A stretch of 64,000 nucleotides of DNA from an uncultured Solirubrobacterales bacterium (lineage in GTDB: Bacteria > Actinomycetota > Thermoleophilia > Solirubrobacterales > 70-9), in NCBI GenBank assembly GCA_963828755.1, contig CAWHFY010000017.1:27524-91523 (forward strand), given 5' to 3'. Under the pieces are notes generated by a model. The model worked only from the letters and a program-made list of their open reading frames with translations. It was not told the DNA's origin and searched no databases. The translations under genes and the position numbers were made by a program. Positions 29,061 through 39,176 of this stretch are shown here, one piece after another (positions within the stretch are counted from its first letter, which is position 1; the number at the start of each line of letters is the position of its first letter).

Positions 29061-29834
29061 ATGGGCCTGGCCGCCGACCTCGCGACCGTGCGGGCCCTGA
29101 TCCGCCGCGCCGCGAACGAGCTCCTCCGCGTCCCCGGGGCGGCGATCCCGGGCGTGCTCGCGCCGACGATCTTCTTCCTCGGCCTGACCTCGGTGTTCGG
29201 CAACCTGACCGAGCTGCGCGGCTTCGACACCGACAGCTACCAGAGCTTCATCATCCCGGTGAGCATGCTCCAGGGTGCAGGGTTCACCGGCGCCGCCACC
29301 GGGGTCAACCTCGCGCGCGACATCGAGCAGGGCTGGTTCGACCGCCTGCTCGCCTCCCCGGCGTCGCGCCCGGCGCTGCTCGCCGGGATGGTGATCTCGG
29401 CGAGCCTGCGCTCGCTGATCCCGGCGACGGTGCTCCTCACGGTGGGCTTCGCGATCGGGGTCGGCTGGCCAGGGCTCGGCGGCCTGCTGCTCGCGCTGCT
29501 GTGCGTCATGGGCACCGGGACGATCGCCGCCTGCTGGGGCGTGACGCTCGCGCTTCGCTACAAGACCCAGAGCGCCGCGCCCCTGATGCAGGCGGGGATG
29601 TTCGTCCTCGTCCTGACCACGACGGCGTACGCGCCGCTCGCGCTCCTGCAGGGCTGGCTCGCCGACATCGCCCGGATCAACCCGCTGACCCAGGTCGTCG
29701 ACGCAGCTCGCCAGGGCTTCATCGGCGAGACGATCACCTGGGCCGACACCTGGCCGGCGATCGTCGCGCTCGCCGGGCTGCTGGCGATCCTCGTCTTCTT
29801 CGCCCTGCGAGGAATGAACCGGACCGCGGATTGA
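29061..29834 (+). CDS. ABC-2 type transporter permease (second subunit)
   Basis: 257-aa polytopic paralogue of the preceding gene. Confidence 0.8.
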   Translation: MGLAADLATVRALIRRAANELLRVPGAAIPGVLAPTIFFLGLTSVFGNLTELRGFDTDSYQSFIIPVSMLQGAGFTGAATGVNLARDIEQGWFDRLLASPASRPALLAGMVISASLRSLIPATVLLTVGFAIGVGWPGLGGLLLALLCVMGTGTIAACWGVTLALRYKTQSAAPLMQAGMFVLVLTTTAYAPLALLQGWLADIARINPLTQVVDAARQGFIGETITWADTWPAIVALAGLLAILVFFALRGMNRTAD

Positions 29835-31455
29835 GCGACGCCACGCCCCCGGCCCTCAGCGAACTCGCGGCGCGCTGCCGGGCGGTGCTCGAGGCCTCCC
29901 ACGCCGAGGGCGAGCGCCGCGGCGTGCCGTACTCGTACACGCGGCCGAGCCCCACCCGGTATCCGTGGCAGTGGTACTGGGACTCGTGCTTCGCGGCGAT
30001 CGTCTGGCGGCGCTTCGATCCCGATCGCCCGCGAGCCGAGCTCGAGACGCTGCTCAACGCGATGCGCCCGGACGGGTTCATCGGCCACGTCGTCTTCTGG
30101 GACCAGCCGCTCAGTTACCGGCGGCTCGTCTACTACAACGTCACCTCCCGCCACGCCGAGATGACCGGGACGATCCAGCCGCCGCTGCTCGCCTGGGCGT
30201 GGAAGCTGGCCGTCGGCGATCCCGCGGAGGAGCCTCGGATCGCCGCCCATCACGAGTGGCTGCGCAGCAACCGCGACCTCGACGGCGACGGGCTGCTGTG
30301 GCTGGTGCAACCCGACGAGTCGGGGCTCGACTCGTCGCCGAAGTTCGACCCGGTGTGGGGTCGGCTCAAGCACGGCGGCTACGGCTTCCCGCTGCTGGTC
30401 GCGCGCAACCGGCACCTCGGCTGGGACGCGCGGCGGATCCGCGATCGCGGCTGGCCGGTGCTCTGCGAGGTGATGACCAACGTGCTCTGGTGCCTGGCGC
30501 GGATCTCGGCGGGCGAACCGTCGATCACCCCGGCGATCGTCGACCGGCTGTGGGACGAGCGGCGGGGGCTCTTTCTCGACGAGGTACAGCCGGGAGGCGC
30601 GCGCCCAGGCATCTCGACCTGGGCCGCCCTCTCCCCCCTCGCGCTGCCCGACCTGCCCGACGAGATCGGCCACCGGCTGATCCGCGAGCACCTGCTCGAC
30701 CCGCAGCGCTACTGGCTGACCAACCCACCGCCCTCGGTCTCCGCGCAGGAGCCGACCTTCGAGCCAAACCGCGGCCCGGGCTGGAAGCTGCGCTACTGGC
30801 GCGGGCCGACCTGGGTCAACGCCGCGTGGATGCTGTGGCTCGGGATCCGCCGGCTCGGCTACGAAGCCGAGGCCGCGCTGATGGCCGAGCGGCTCTCCGG
30901 GCTCGTGCTCCGCGAGGGGCTGCGCGAGTACTACGACCCGCACACGGGCGAGGGGCTCGGGGCGCGCGAGTTCGCGTGGACGACCCTGATCCTCGAGCTC
31001 GCGGAGCCGGAATACCCGCCACGTCCTCGGCGTTCGCCTCCGGGCGTGCGGGTGCCGACGTGGAGCGCGAGCTGCGCGCGGACATGGCGGCGGCGCGCGA
31101 GCCGATGCCCGCCGCTCGGGTGCTCGACGAGCGGCTCGCCAACTGGTCGGGCGGGCGCCGCTACACCTGCCCGAGCTACGAAATCGAGCGGCTCGCCGAT
31201 GGAGTGCGGATCTCGGTCCCCGGCTTTCAGCCGTTCGCCGCCTACGACGTCGTGTTCGCGAACCTCGTCCCCGGACTCGACCGCTGCCCGCCGCCCGCCG
31301 ACGCCGCCGAGGTGCTCGAGTGGGCGGCCGGTGCCGCTGGCCTCGAGGAGGTCGCGACGGTGATGGACATCGAGCGCGATGAGGCCCGCGAGCAACTCAG
31401 CCGGATCGCCGACGAGGAGCACGTCGGCGCCGACGGCTTCTGGTCCCTGCGATAG
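29831..31455 (+). pseudogene. GH63/trehalase-like (alpha/alpha)6-barrel glycoside hydrolase with a ~145-aa C-terminal extension; probable 1-nt deletion in a C-run near 31015
   Basis: YPWQWYWDSCF, QPDESGLDSSPKFD, YWRGPTWVNAAWM. Coding bias switches frame exactly at ..LAEPEYP|ATSSAF.. and continues to the stop at 31455. Alternative: a separate ORF from GTG 31060 or ATG 31084. Confidence 0.55.
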
Positions 31456-31472
31456 CCCGTCCCTCGCCGCGT

Positions 31473-31499
31473 CCGCGCCGCGAGCGAACGTCGGCGCGG
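31473..31499. terminator. GC-rich hairpin between convergent genes (candidate terminator, no U-tract)
   Basis: ccgcgccg-(11 nt)-cggcgcgg, a perfect 8-bp stem between the stop at 31455 and the infA stop at 31502. Confidence 0.35.
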
Positions 31500-31501
31500 G
31501 A

Positions 31502-31720
31502 CTACTTGTAGCGGTAGGTGATGCGGCCGCGGTCGAGGTCGTACGGCGAGAGCTCGATCTTCACGCGGTCGCCCGGGAGGATGCGGATGTAGTGGCGCCG
31601 CATCTTGCCCGAGATGTGACCGAGGACCTCGTGGTCGTTGTCGAGCTTCACCTTGAACATCGTGTTCGGGAGGGCCTCGGTGACCTCGCCCTCCATCTCG
31701 ATCTTCTCTTCTTTGCCCAT
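31502..31720 (-). CDS. infA: translation initiation factor IF-1
   Basis: [72 protein letters not shown]. Confidence 0.97.
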   Translation of the reverse strand: MGKEEKIEMEGEVTEALPNTMFKVKLDNDHEVLGHISGKMRRHYIRILPGDRVKIELSPYDLDRGRITYRYK

Positions 31721-31740
31721 GCGCCGGGTGAGGGTAGCGG

Positions 31741-32532
31741 CTACTTGCCCTCGAACTTGGCTTTCCCAGGCCCATCTGCAAGGAACGAACGCACCGCTCC
31801 TTGCAGATCCTCGCTCTCGAACAGCCCGGCGAACTGCTCTGGCGTGACCGCGTCGGCGCGCTCGATCCCGCCGTCGCTGAACGCACGCACGATCCGCTTG
31901 GTGGCGGCGTGGGCCTTGGTCGGCCCGGCGGCGAGGCGCGCGGCGAACCGCAGCCCCTTCTCGTGCACGGTGCCGTCGGGGACGACCCGGTTGATCACCC
32001 CCCAGCGCTCGAGCGTCTCGGCGTCGTAGAGGCCCCCCGTCATCACGAACTCACGCGCCCTGCCCGGACCGGCGCGCTCGGCCATCCGCTGCGTCCCGCC
32101 CGCGCCGGGGGTGAGCCCGACCACGGCCTCGACGAGGCCGAACTTCGACGACTCCTCGGCCCAGAAGATGTCGCAGCCGAGCGCGACCTCGAGCCCCGCG
32201 GTCAGGCAGAGCCCATGGATCAGGGCAACGGTCGGGATCTCGAGCGCCTCGAGCCGCTGCACGCCCTCGATCAGCGGCCCGGCCATCCCGCTCGCGGCCT
32301 CGGGCGAGTCGGCGTCGACGATCGCCTGGAAGGCGTGCACGTCGACGCCGCCGGTGAAGATGTCGCCCTCGGCGCACCAGACCAGCGCCCTGGCGTCGGA
32401 GCCCTCGACCTGGTCGAGGCAGTCCATGAGCTCGTTGAAGGCGTTGTCGGTGAACAGGTTGAGCGGCGGGTTGGAGAGCACCACCTTCGCCACCGCCCCC
32501 TCGCGCTCGAGCGTGATCGTCGGCTCACTCAT
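31741..32532 (-). CDS. enoyl-CoA hydratase/isomerase family protein
   Basis: [27 protein letters not shown].., crotonase fold. Start taken at the internal Met of ORF 31741..32583. Confidence 0.85.
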   Translation of the reverse strand: MSEPTITLEREGAVAKVVLSNPPLNLFTDNAFNELMDCLDQVEGSDARALVWCAEGDIFTGGVDVHAFQAIVDADSPEAASGMAGPLIEGVQRLEALEIPTVALIHGLCLTAGLEVALGCDIFWAEESSKFGLVEAVVGLTPGAGGTQRMAERAGPGRAREFVMTGGLYDAETLERWGVINRVVPDGTVHEKGLRFAARLAAGPTKAHAATKRIVRAFSDGGIERADAVTPEQFAGLFESEDLQGAVRSFLADGPGKAKFEGK

Positions 32533-32941
32533 CGCTCTCTCCTCTGATCTTCCTCGCGGTCGCGCCGATCTCGTCCGGGTCACCCGGGCTCGGCACCCAG
32601 GGAAGCTCGAGCGGGTCGTCGGCGTGGCGCGGCACGACGTGCAGGTGGAAGTGGAAAACGGTCTGCCACGCGGCGGCGCCGCAGGCGTTGATCACGTTGA
32701 AGCCCTCCGGGTGGAGGGTGTCGCGCAGTCGCCCGGCAAGGCGCTTCGCGGCGACCATGGTGTGCTCGAGGTCCTGAGGCGAGATCTCGAGCAGGTCGGC
32801 CGAGTGGCGGCGGGGGATCACCAGCGCGTGGCCCGGGACGGCCGGGTTGATGTCCATGAAGGCGATCGTGTGCTCGTCGGAATCGATGATCTCGGCCGGC
32901 GCGTCGCCGCCGACGATCGCGCAGAAGATGCAGTCGTTCAC
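32525..32941 (-). CDS. HIT (histidine triad) family protein
   Basis: CIFCAIV.., histidine triad HFHLHVVP. Confidence 0.9.
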   Translation of the reverse strand: MNDCIFCAIVGGDAPAEIIDSDEHTIAFMDINPAVPGHALVIPRRHSADLLEISPQDLEHTMVAAKRLAGRLRDTLHPEGFNVINACGAAAWQTVFHFHLHVVPRHADDPLELPWVPSPGDPDEIGATARKIRGESDE

Positions 32942-32977
32942 GGCGCGGACAATAACCGCGGCCGACCTGACTCGCTC

Positions 32978-33036
32978 CGACGTTAACCGAGCTCGCGTGC
33001 GACCGATCGACGTTAACCGAGCTCGCGTGCGACCGA
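32978..33036. repeat. tandem direct duplication, two 29-nt identical copies with a 30-nt period, spanning the cca stop codon
   Basis: cgacgttaaccgagctcgcgtgcgaccga occurs at 32978-33006 and again at 33008-33036. Confidence 0.95.
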
Positions 33037-34437
33037 GATCGCGTCGTCGGCGCTGACGACCTCGCCGGTGAAGACGCGTTTCTCGACCTCACCCAGCAGC
33101 CGCCCGAGCTCCGGCCCCTCCTCGATGCCGAGCGCTTCCGCCAGCTCGTTCCCCGCGATCGGGGACTTCGGAGCGCCGTCACGGTGCCAGGCGAGCGCCG
33201 CCGGGAGCACCTCGCGGGCGAGCTCGAGGTGGGCCTCGATCATCTCCGGGGTCGCGGTCGAGCCGGTGCCGCGCGCGGCGAGACGGTCGGCGACCGTCAG
33301 CAGGGTGACGTCGGCCGCAACCGGCTCGGTCAGCTTCAGGTACTCGTAGAGCCGTTCCCTGGTCAGCGGCCGCTCGTGAGTCATGAACCCGAGATGGAGG
33401 TGGTGCAGCGTGAGCGCCTGCAGGTGGCGCGAAACCGCCCGGCTCGTCTTCAGCCGCGCGCAGGCCTCGGCGACGATCCGCGCCCCCTCGCGGTCGTGGC
33501 CGACGAAGGAGACGAAGCCCCCCTCGTGCTCGACCCGCGTCGCGGGCTTGCCACAGTCGTGCAGGATCGCGCCGAACCGCAGCGCGTCCCCGCGGGTGAG
33601 CTCGTCGCCGAGCGGCTCGTCGAGCAGCGCCCGCACCTCGGCCGCCGCGTCGCCGGCGTAGCGGTCGAGGTCGGACTCGACCTCGAGCAGGTTGGCCAAC
33701 ACCTCAAGCGTGTGGCCGTGGACGTCCAGGTGGTGGTTGGGGTTCTGGCCGACGCCGCGCAGCGCCTCGAGCTCCGGCAGTATCTCGGCGGTCGCGCCCA
33801 GCTCGTCCAGCAGCTCGAGCCCGCGCAGCGGCTCCGGGCCGGCGAGCAGCAGCCGCAGCTCGGCCAGTTGGCGCTCCCCCGCGGGCTCCGCCGCGCGCGC
33901 CGCCGAGTCACGGGCGAGGCGCACCGTCTCGGGATCGAGCGCGAACCCGAGTTCGGCCCCCAGCCGGGCCGCGCGCAGGATCCGCAGCGGGTCGTCGGCG
34001 AGCGCGCGCTCGGAGACCGGCCGCAGGACCCTCGCCTCGAGATCGGCCGCGCCGCCCTGCGGGTCGATGATCTCGCTGCCGTCGGCGAGCTGAAGCGCGA
34101 TCGCGTTGACCGTGAAGTCGCGCTCGCCCAGGTCGGCCTCGATCGAATCGCCACGCAGGCGACTGACGTCGGCGTGCCATGAGCGGTCGCCGGCCAGCGC
34201 CCGCCACGTCCCGAAGTCGGATGAGAGCTCGAACGCCGGCCCACCGGCCTGTGCGGCGATCCGGCGCGCCGCCTCGCGCTCGTCGCCGCCGACCGCGAGG
34301 TCGAGGTCGACGACGGCACGGCCGAGCAGCGCGTCGCGAACCGCGCCGCCGACCGCCCAGGCGCCGGACCAGTCGGCGAGCGCCGCCCGTGCCGCGGCGG
34401 CCGCGGGCGAGTCGAGCCGCGGCGCGGCGCCGCTCAT
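33013..34437 (-). CDS. cca: CCA-adding tRNA nucleotidyltransferase with HD domain
   Basis: GGAVRDALLGR..DLDLAV head-domain motif. HD region ..ILHDCGKP... Confidence 0.85.
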   Translation of the reverse strand: MSGAAPRLDSPAAAAARAALADWSGAWAVGGAVRDALLGRAVVDLDLAVGGDEREAARRIAAQAGGPAFELSSDFGTWRALAGDRSWHADVSRLRGDSIEADLGERDFTVNAIALQLADGSEIIDPQGGAADLEARVLRPVSERALADDPLRILRAARLGAELGFALDPETVRLARDSAARAAEPAGERQLAELRLLLAGPEPLRGLELLDELGATAEILPELEALRGVGQNPNHHLDVHGHTLEVLANLLEVESDLDRYAGDAAAEVRALLDEPLGDELTRGDALRFGAILHDCGKPATRVEHEGGFVSFVGHDREGARIVAEACARLKTSRAVSRHLQALTLHHLHLGFMTHERPLTRERLYEYLKLTEPVAADVTLLTVADRLAARGTGSTATPEMIEAHLELAREVLPAALAWHRDGAPKSPIAGNELAEALGIEEGPELGRLLGEVEKRVFTGEVVSADDAISVARELG

Positions 34438-35549
34438 CGGGCGCCGGCGAGCTCGCGCGGCACCCGCGGCGAGATCCCGCAGGTGATCTCGTAGTTGATC
34501 GTCGCGAGGCGCTCGGCGAGCTCCTCGGCGAGCACCCGCTCGCCGCCCTGAGCGCCGATCAGGACGGCCTCGGCGCCAGGCTCGACCGCCGGCTCGGGCC
34601 CGAGGTCGACCGTGAGGTTGTCCATCGAGACGGTGCCCACCAGCGGGTAGCGACGGCCGCCGATCAGCACCTCGGCGTTGTTGGAGAGCGCTCGGCGGAC
34701 GCCGTCGCCGTAGCCGATCGGCAGCACGCCCACCGAGGTCGGCTCCGATGCCGTCCAGGTGCGCCCGTACCCGGCCGAGTCGCCGGGCTCGAAGCGCTTG
34801 ACGTCGGCCACGTACGAGCGCAGCTCGAGCGCGGGCTCGAGCCCGCGCGTGGACGGGTCGGCGCCGAAGGGGTCGAGGCCGTAGATCGCCACCCCGCAGC
34901 GGACCATGTCGAGGTGGGCGCGCGGCTCTCGCAGCGTCGCGGCGCTGTTGGCCGCGTGCAGGATCACCCCGAGCTCCTCGCGCAGCGGCAGGGCGAGATC
35001 GAGGAAGCGGTCGAGCTGCAGCTCGAGGAACTCGGCGTCGGTCTCGTCGGCGGTCGCGAAGTGGGTCCAGAGGCCGACGAGGTCGACGTCGGGGCTCGCA
35101 GCCGCCGCCCGCGCAAGGCGGCCGACCACCTCAGGGTCGCGCTCGCCCAGCCGCCCCATGCCGGTGTCGTACTTGACGTGGACCTGGGGGCGGATTCCGA
35201 GCTCGCGCCCGCGCTCGGCGACCAGGTCGAGGAAGCCCGGGCGCCAGACGGCGAGGTCGGCGCCGGCCCCGAGCGCCAGGTCGAGCTCGGTGGGCGCCAT
35301 CGCGCCGAGCACCAGTAGCCGGGCGCGCTCGGCGAGCTCGCCGCGAAGCTCGACCGCCTCGGCCGCGGCGGCGACCGCCAGCCAGGAAGCGCCGCCTGCG
35401 AGCGCGGCCGCGGCGGCCGGAACCGCACCGTGGCCGTAGCCGTCGGCCTTGACCACCGCGCAGAGCGCCGTCTCGGGGCCGAGCTCGGAGCCCAGGCGCC
35501 GGCAATTGCGCTCGATCGCGCCGGCGTCGATCACCGCCCGCGCCCTCAA
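34434..35549 (-). CDS. alr: alanine racemase
   Basis: AVVKADGYGHG PLP-Lys motif. 371 aa. ATGA-type overlaps with both neighbours. Confidence 0.9.
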   Translation of the reverse strand: MRARAVIDAGAIERNCRRLGSELGPETALCAVVKADGYGHGAVPAAAAALAGGASWLAVAAAAEAVELRGELAERARLLVLGAMAPTELDLALGAGADLAVWRPGFLDLVAERGRELGIRPQVHVKYDTGMGRLGERDPEVVGRLARAAAASPDVDLVGLWTHFATADETDAEFLELQLDRFLDLALPLREELGVILHAANSAATLREPRAHLDMVRCGVAIYGLDPFGADPSTRGLEPALELRSYVADVKRFEPGDSAGYGRTWTASEPTSVGVLPIGYGDGVRRALSNNAEVLIGGRRYPLVGTVSMDNLTVDLGPEPAVEPGAEAVLIGAQGGERVLAEELAERLATINYEITCGISPRVPRELAGAR

Positions 35550-37076
35550 GCGTCGACCTCAGGGCGCAGCGCTGCGGCGATCGAGTCGATCACATCGGTG
35601 GCGATCACCGACTCGGGCGCTCCGATCGCCGCGGCCGCGGAGCGCCCGGCGCGGGTGTGAGCGTGGACCGCGGCCGCGGCCGCCGCGCGCGCCTCGAGGC
35701 CGCGGGCGAGCAGCGCCGCGACCATGCCGCTGAGGACGTCGCCGGTACCGGCCGTCGCCAGCGCCGGGCTGGCGAGGCCGTTGATGATCGGCGCCTCGCC
35801 GGGCGCGACGACGATCGTGTCGTCGCCCTTCAGGACGACGATCGCGTCGGCCCGCGTCGCTGCTTCGAGAGCCAGCTCGAGCCGCCGCGCGTTGACCTCG
35901 GCCGAGTCGATTCCGAGCAACCGTGCCAGCTCGCCGGCGTGCGGCGTGAGCACGGTCGGCGCGCGCCGCGCGGCGATCAGCTCCAGCCGCCCGGCGACCG
36001 CGTTGAGCCCGTCGGCGTCGAGGACAAGCGGCGCCTCGATCCGACCGAGCAGCGCGGCGACCAGCTCGGCGATCGGCTCCGCGCGTCCGATCCCGGGCCC
36101 GAGGACGACCGCCGCCGCCCGCTCGGCCGCCGCGGCGATCGGCTCTGCGGCGGCCGACGTGAAGGCGCCGTCGGCGCTCGGGCAGGCGACCGACATCACC
36201 TCGGTCAGCTTCGCCTCGAAGATCGGCTCGAGCTCGGCCGGCACGGCGACCGTCGCGTAGCCCGCCCCGGACCGGGCCGCCGCGATCGAGGCCATGCAGG
36301 GGGCTCCGGTGAGCCCGCGCGAGCCCCCGGCGACCAGCACCTCCCCGGAGGTGAACTTGGTCGAGTCGGGGCCGCGGCGCCGGAGAAGCTCGAGCACCGA
36401 CGTGCGGATGAGGCCGCCGCTGGGCTGATCGGGGGCGCCGTCGGGGATCCCGATCGGCGCCACCTCGAGCCGGCCGGTGTGGCGCTTGCCCGGCGCGATC
36501 CAATGCCCGAGCTTGGCGGCGTGAAAGCTGACCGTGGCGGTGGAGCTGACCGCGGCACCCTCGACCTCGCCGGTCGAGGCGTCGACCCCGGAGGCGATGT
36601 CGGCCGCGACGACCGGGGCGCCGCAGTCGTTGATCGCCGCGATCGCCGCGGCTGCCGGGTCGCGCGGAGCGCCGCTGAAGCCGGTCCCGAAGATCGCGTC
36701 GATGACGACCCCGGAGCCGACCAGCGCCGCCTCCGCCTCGCCGGCGGCGAGCTCGCGCACCTCGCCGTGGAAGCGGTCGAGGTTCGCGGTCGAGTCGACC
36801 GAGAGCTCGGCGGCCGGCCAGAGCAGCAGCACTTCGACGCGGTGCCCGGCGTCGGCAAGATGGCGGGCGGCGACGAGGCCGTCGCCGCCGTTGTTGCCCT
36901 TGCCGCAGACGACCCGCACGGGCCCGTCGGCCGCGTGGCGCTCGGTCGCCTCGGCGAGTGCCCGCCCGGCGGTCTCCATCAGCTCGAGCGACGGCACCCC
37001 GCGCGCGCTCGATCGCCCACGAGTCGACCGCCCGCATCGCCTCGGCGTCGTAAAGCGGCTCGAGCCAGCGCTCCAT
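35546..37076 (-). pseudogene. nnr: bifunctional NAD(P)H-hydrate repair enzyme (epimerase/dehydratase), 1-nt insertion in a GC-repeat near 37001
   Basis: MERWLEPLYDAEAMRAVDSWAIERA, then in the next frame GVPSLELMETAGRA..CGKGNNGGDG..GTGDVLSG. Confidence 0.85.
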
Positions 37077-37108
37077 CGGCCGCAGCGTACCCCCGCCGGA
37101 GGCGCGGG

Positions 37109-37484
37109 CTAGGCCGCGGGCTCGCGGACGACGACCGCGGCGGCGAGCTCGTGCGAGTGGGTCAGCGAGACGGCGAGCGAGATCCCCTCGCTCGCGGCCG
37201 CGCGCCGCGGCCTCCCCGTGCAGGACGAGGCGAGGCGGGCGGTCTCCCCCACCCTCGACCTCGACCTCGTGCAGCCGCAGGCCGCCGAGCCCGAGCGCCT
37301 TCAGCGCCGCCTCCTTCGCGGCGAACCGGGCCGCGAGGTGGCGACCGGGCCGCCCGTGGCGGCTCGCGTACTCGCGCTCGCCGTCGCTGAACACCCGCGC
37401 GGCCAGCGCGGGGCGGCGCTCGAGCGCCCGCTCGAGCCGCGCGATCTCGATCAGGTCGAGGCCGATCCCTGGTGCCGTCTGCAC
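37109..37484 (-). pseudogene. acpS: holo-[acyl-carrier-protein] synthase, 1-nt insertion near 37198
   Basis: GIGLDLIEIARLE..FAAKEAALKALG..LVLHGEAAAR, then in the next frame AASEGISLAVSLTHSHELAAAVVV..* (stop at 37109). Confidence 0.85.
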
Positions 37485-37500
37485 GGCCGCAACGCTACTG

Positions 37501-39169
37501 CTACTCGGACGCGAGCGAGACGGTGAGCCTCGAATGGACGAGCTGGCCGTCGACGTTGCTGCCGGCGATCAGATTTGCGAACGCGTCCAGGTAAGGACGC
37601 AGCGTCTCGTAGTCGATGTCGCCGTCCGAGCCCGCCTCGGCGACCGTGAAGAACGAGGGCAGGTCGATGTAGAGGCTCGGCGCGTAATCGTCGCCCAGCC
37701 GGTCGACCGCGCTCTGGAAGTCCTCGTTGTCGCCGAGGGTTTCGTCGGGCTCGAGCGCCTGGCTCGCGGTCGCGCCAACCACCGCGACGAGCTCGTCGCC
37801 CACGACGCCCGCCTCGGCGCCGCCGCCGACACCCGGGAGGCCGATCGAGAACCCGTAGTCGGCGCCCTCGGGCGGGCCGCTGGAGCGCAGCCCCGACTCG
37901 CGCTCGGCGAGCCTTCGGCCGGCCTCGAGCAGCGCCCGCGGCGCCTCCGGGTCAGTCGTCTCGGCGATCAGCCCGGCGCTGAACCCGGGCACGCCCGTGC
38001 CCTGGACGAAGGCGGCAGCGTCGCCGAGCCAGCTGAACACGTCATCGGATAGGTCGAGCCCGGTCGCGGCGTGCAGGCGGCGCTGCAGCTCCCCGGCGCC
38101 CGGCAGGCCGCTCGAGGCGAGCTGATCGAGACCGCGCGCAAGGGTCTCGCCGAGGTCGGGGACGGCGATCGCGAACCAGGACCCGCCCGGCAGTTCGGCG
38201 AGCAACGAGGACTCGGTGCCCAGCGACGATCCGGAGTCGACCATCGCCGAGATGTCGAGGCTGGCGGCATCCGGCGTCGCGCTCAGCGAGGCGGCCACCG
38301 GCTGCGAGAGCGGCCCGCCGAGCAGCGGCTCCAGCGCCTGCGCGCGCACCGAGTCGAGCCCCTCCGAGGCGATCGCCGCCTCGATCGCCGACGCAGGCTC
38401 GAAGAAGGCGGTCGCGAGCGTGTCGTCGGGGAGCGCGTCGATGCGGTCGGTGTACTCCTCGCTCTCGCTGAGCGACTCGCCGGCGGCCGAATCGACGGCG
38501 ACCTTGAACGCCGTCTCGGTGCCGATCACCAGCGCTTGGTCGTTGATCACCCCGGCCGCGAAGCCGCCGCCGGAACTGAAGTACTGGGTGTCCTGATAGG
38601 TCCGCTTCTGGTCGGGCGACGGGTCCTGATCGAGCAGTCGCTGCAGGAACGAGCGCGCGGCGTCGGCGTCGGTCGACCTCGACCATCGCCGCGAAGTCCG
38701 GCGTCCCGGAGGCCTGCGGCTTGAACGAGCTCACGAACACCGCCCCGTGCTCCCCCAGCCACGGCTCGATGTCGTCCGAATAGGTGATGTCGACCCCGTT
38801 CGACGCGAACAGCTCGTCGACTGCGGCGATCACGTCGGCGCCCGGGTCGTCGGTCTGGCCGACCCGCTCGGCGAACGAGTCGATCGCCTCCGCCTGGTCG
38901 CCATCGGGCCGGATCACTCCCTGGATGAACAGCGGCGCGTCGGGCGGAGCCAGCGAGGCGAGGCCGGCCGAGCTCGAGTCGTCGCTCCCGCAGCCGCCGA
39001 TCAGGGCGGCGATCACGGGCAGGAGGGCGAGGAAGCGGTGGCGGGGGGCTCCGAGCAAGGGCGGCACTCTAGCGAGCGGGATCCACGTCTCCGCGGACCT
39101 CAACGGGAGGCGGATGTGGACCCGCGAACGGGCCCGCTCGCCGTCGCCGGCCGGACCGGACGCGCGCAC
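37501..39169 (-). pseudogene. hypothetical lipoprotein (possibly DUF3352-like), 1-nt insertion near 38671; start uncertain
   Basis: Lipobox LIGGCGSDD. ..FAAMVEVD, then in the next frame DADAARSFLQRLLDQDPSPDQKRTYQDTQYF..GVINDQALVIG.. joins ORFs 38042..39169 and 37501..38550. Confidence 0.65.
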
Positions 39170-39176
39170 GACACGG

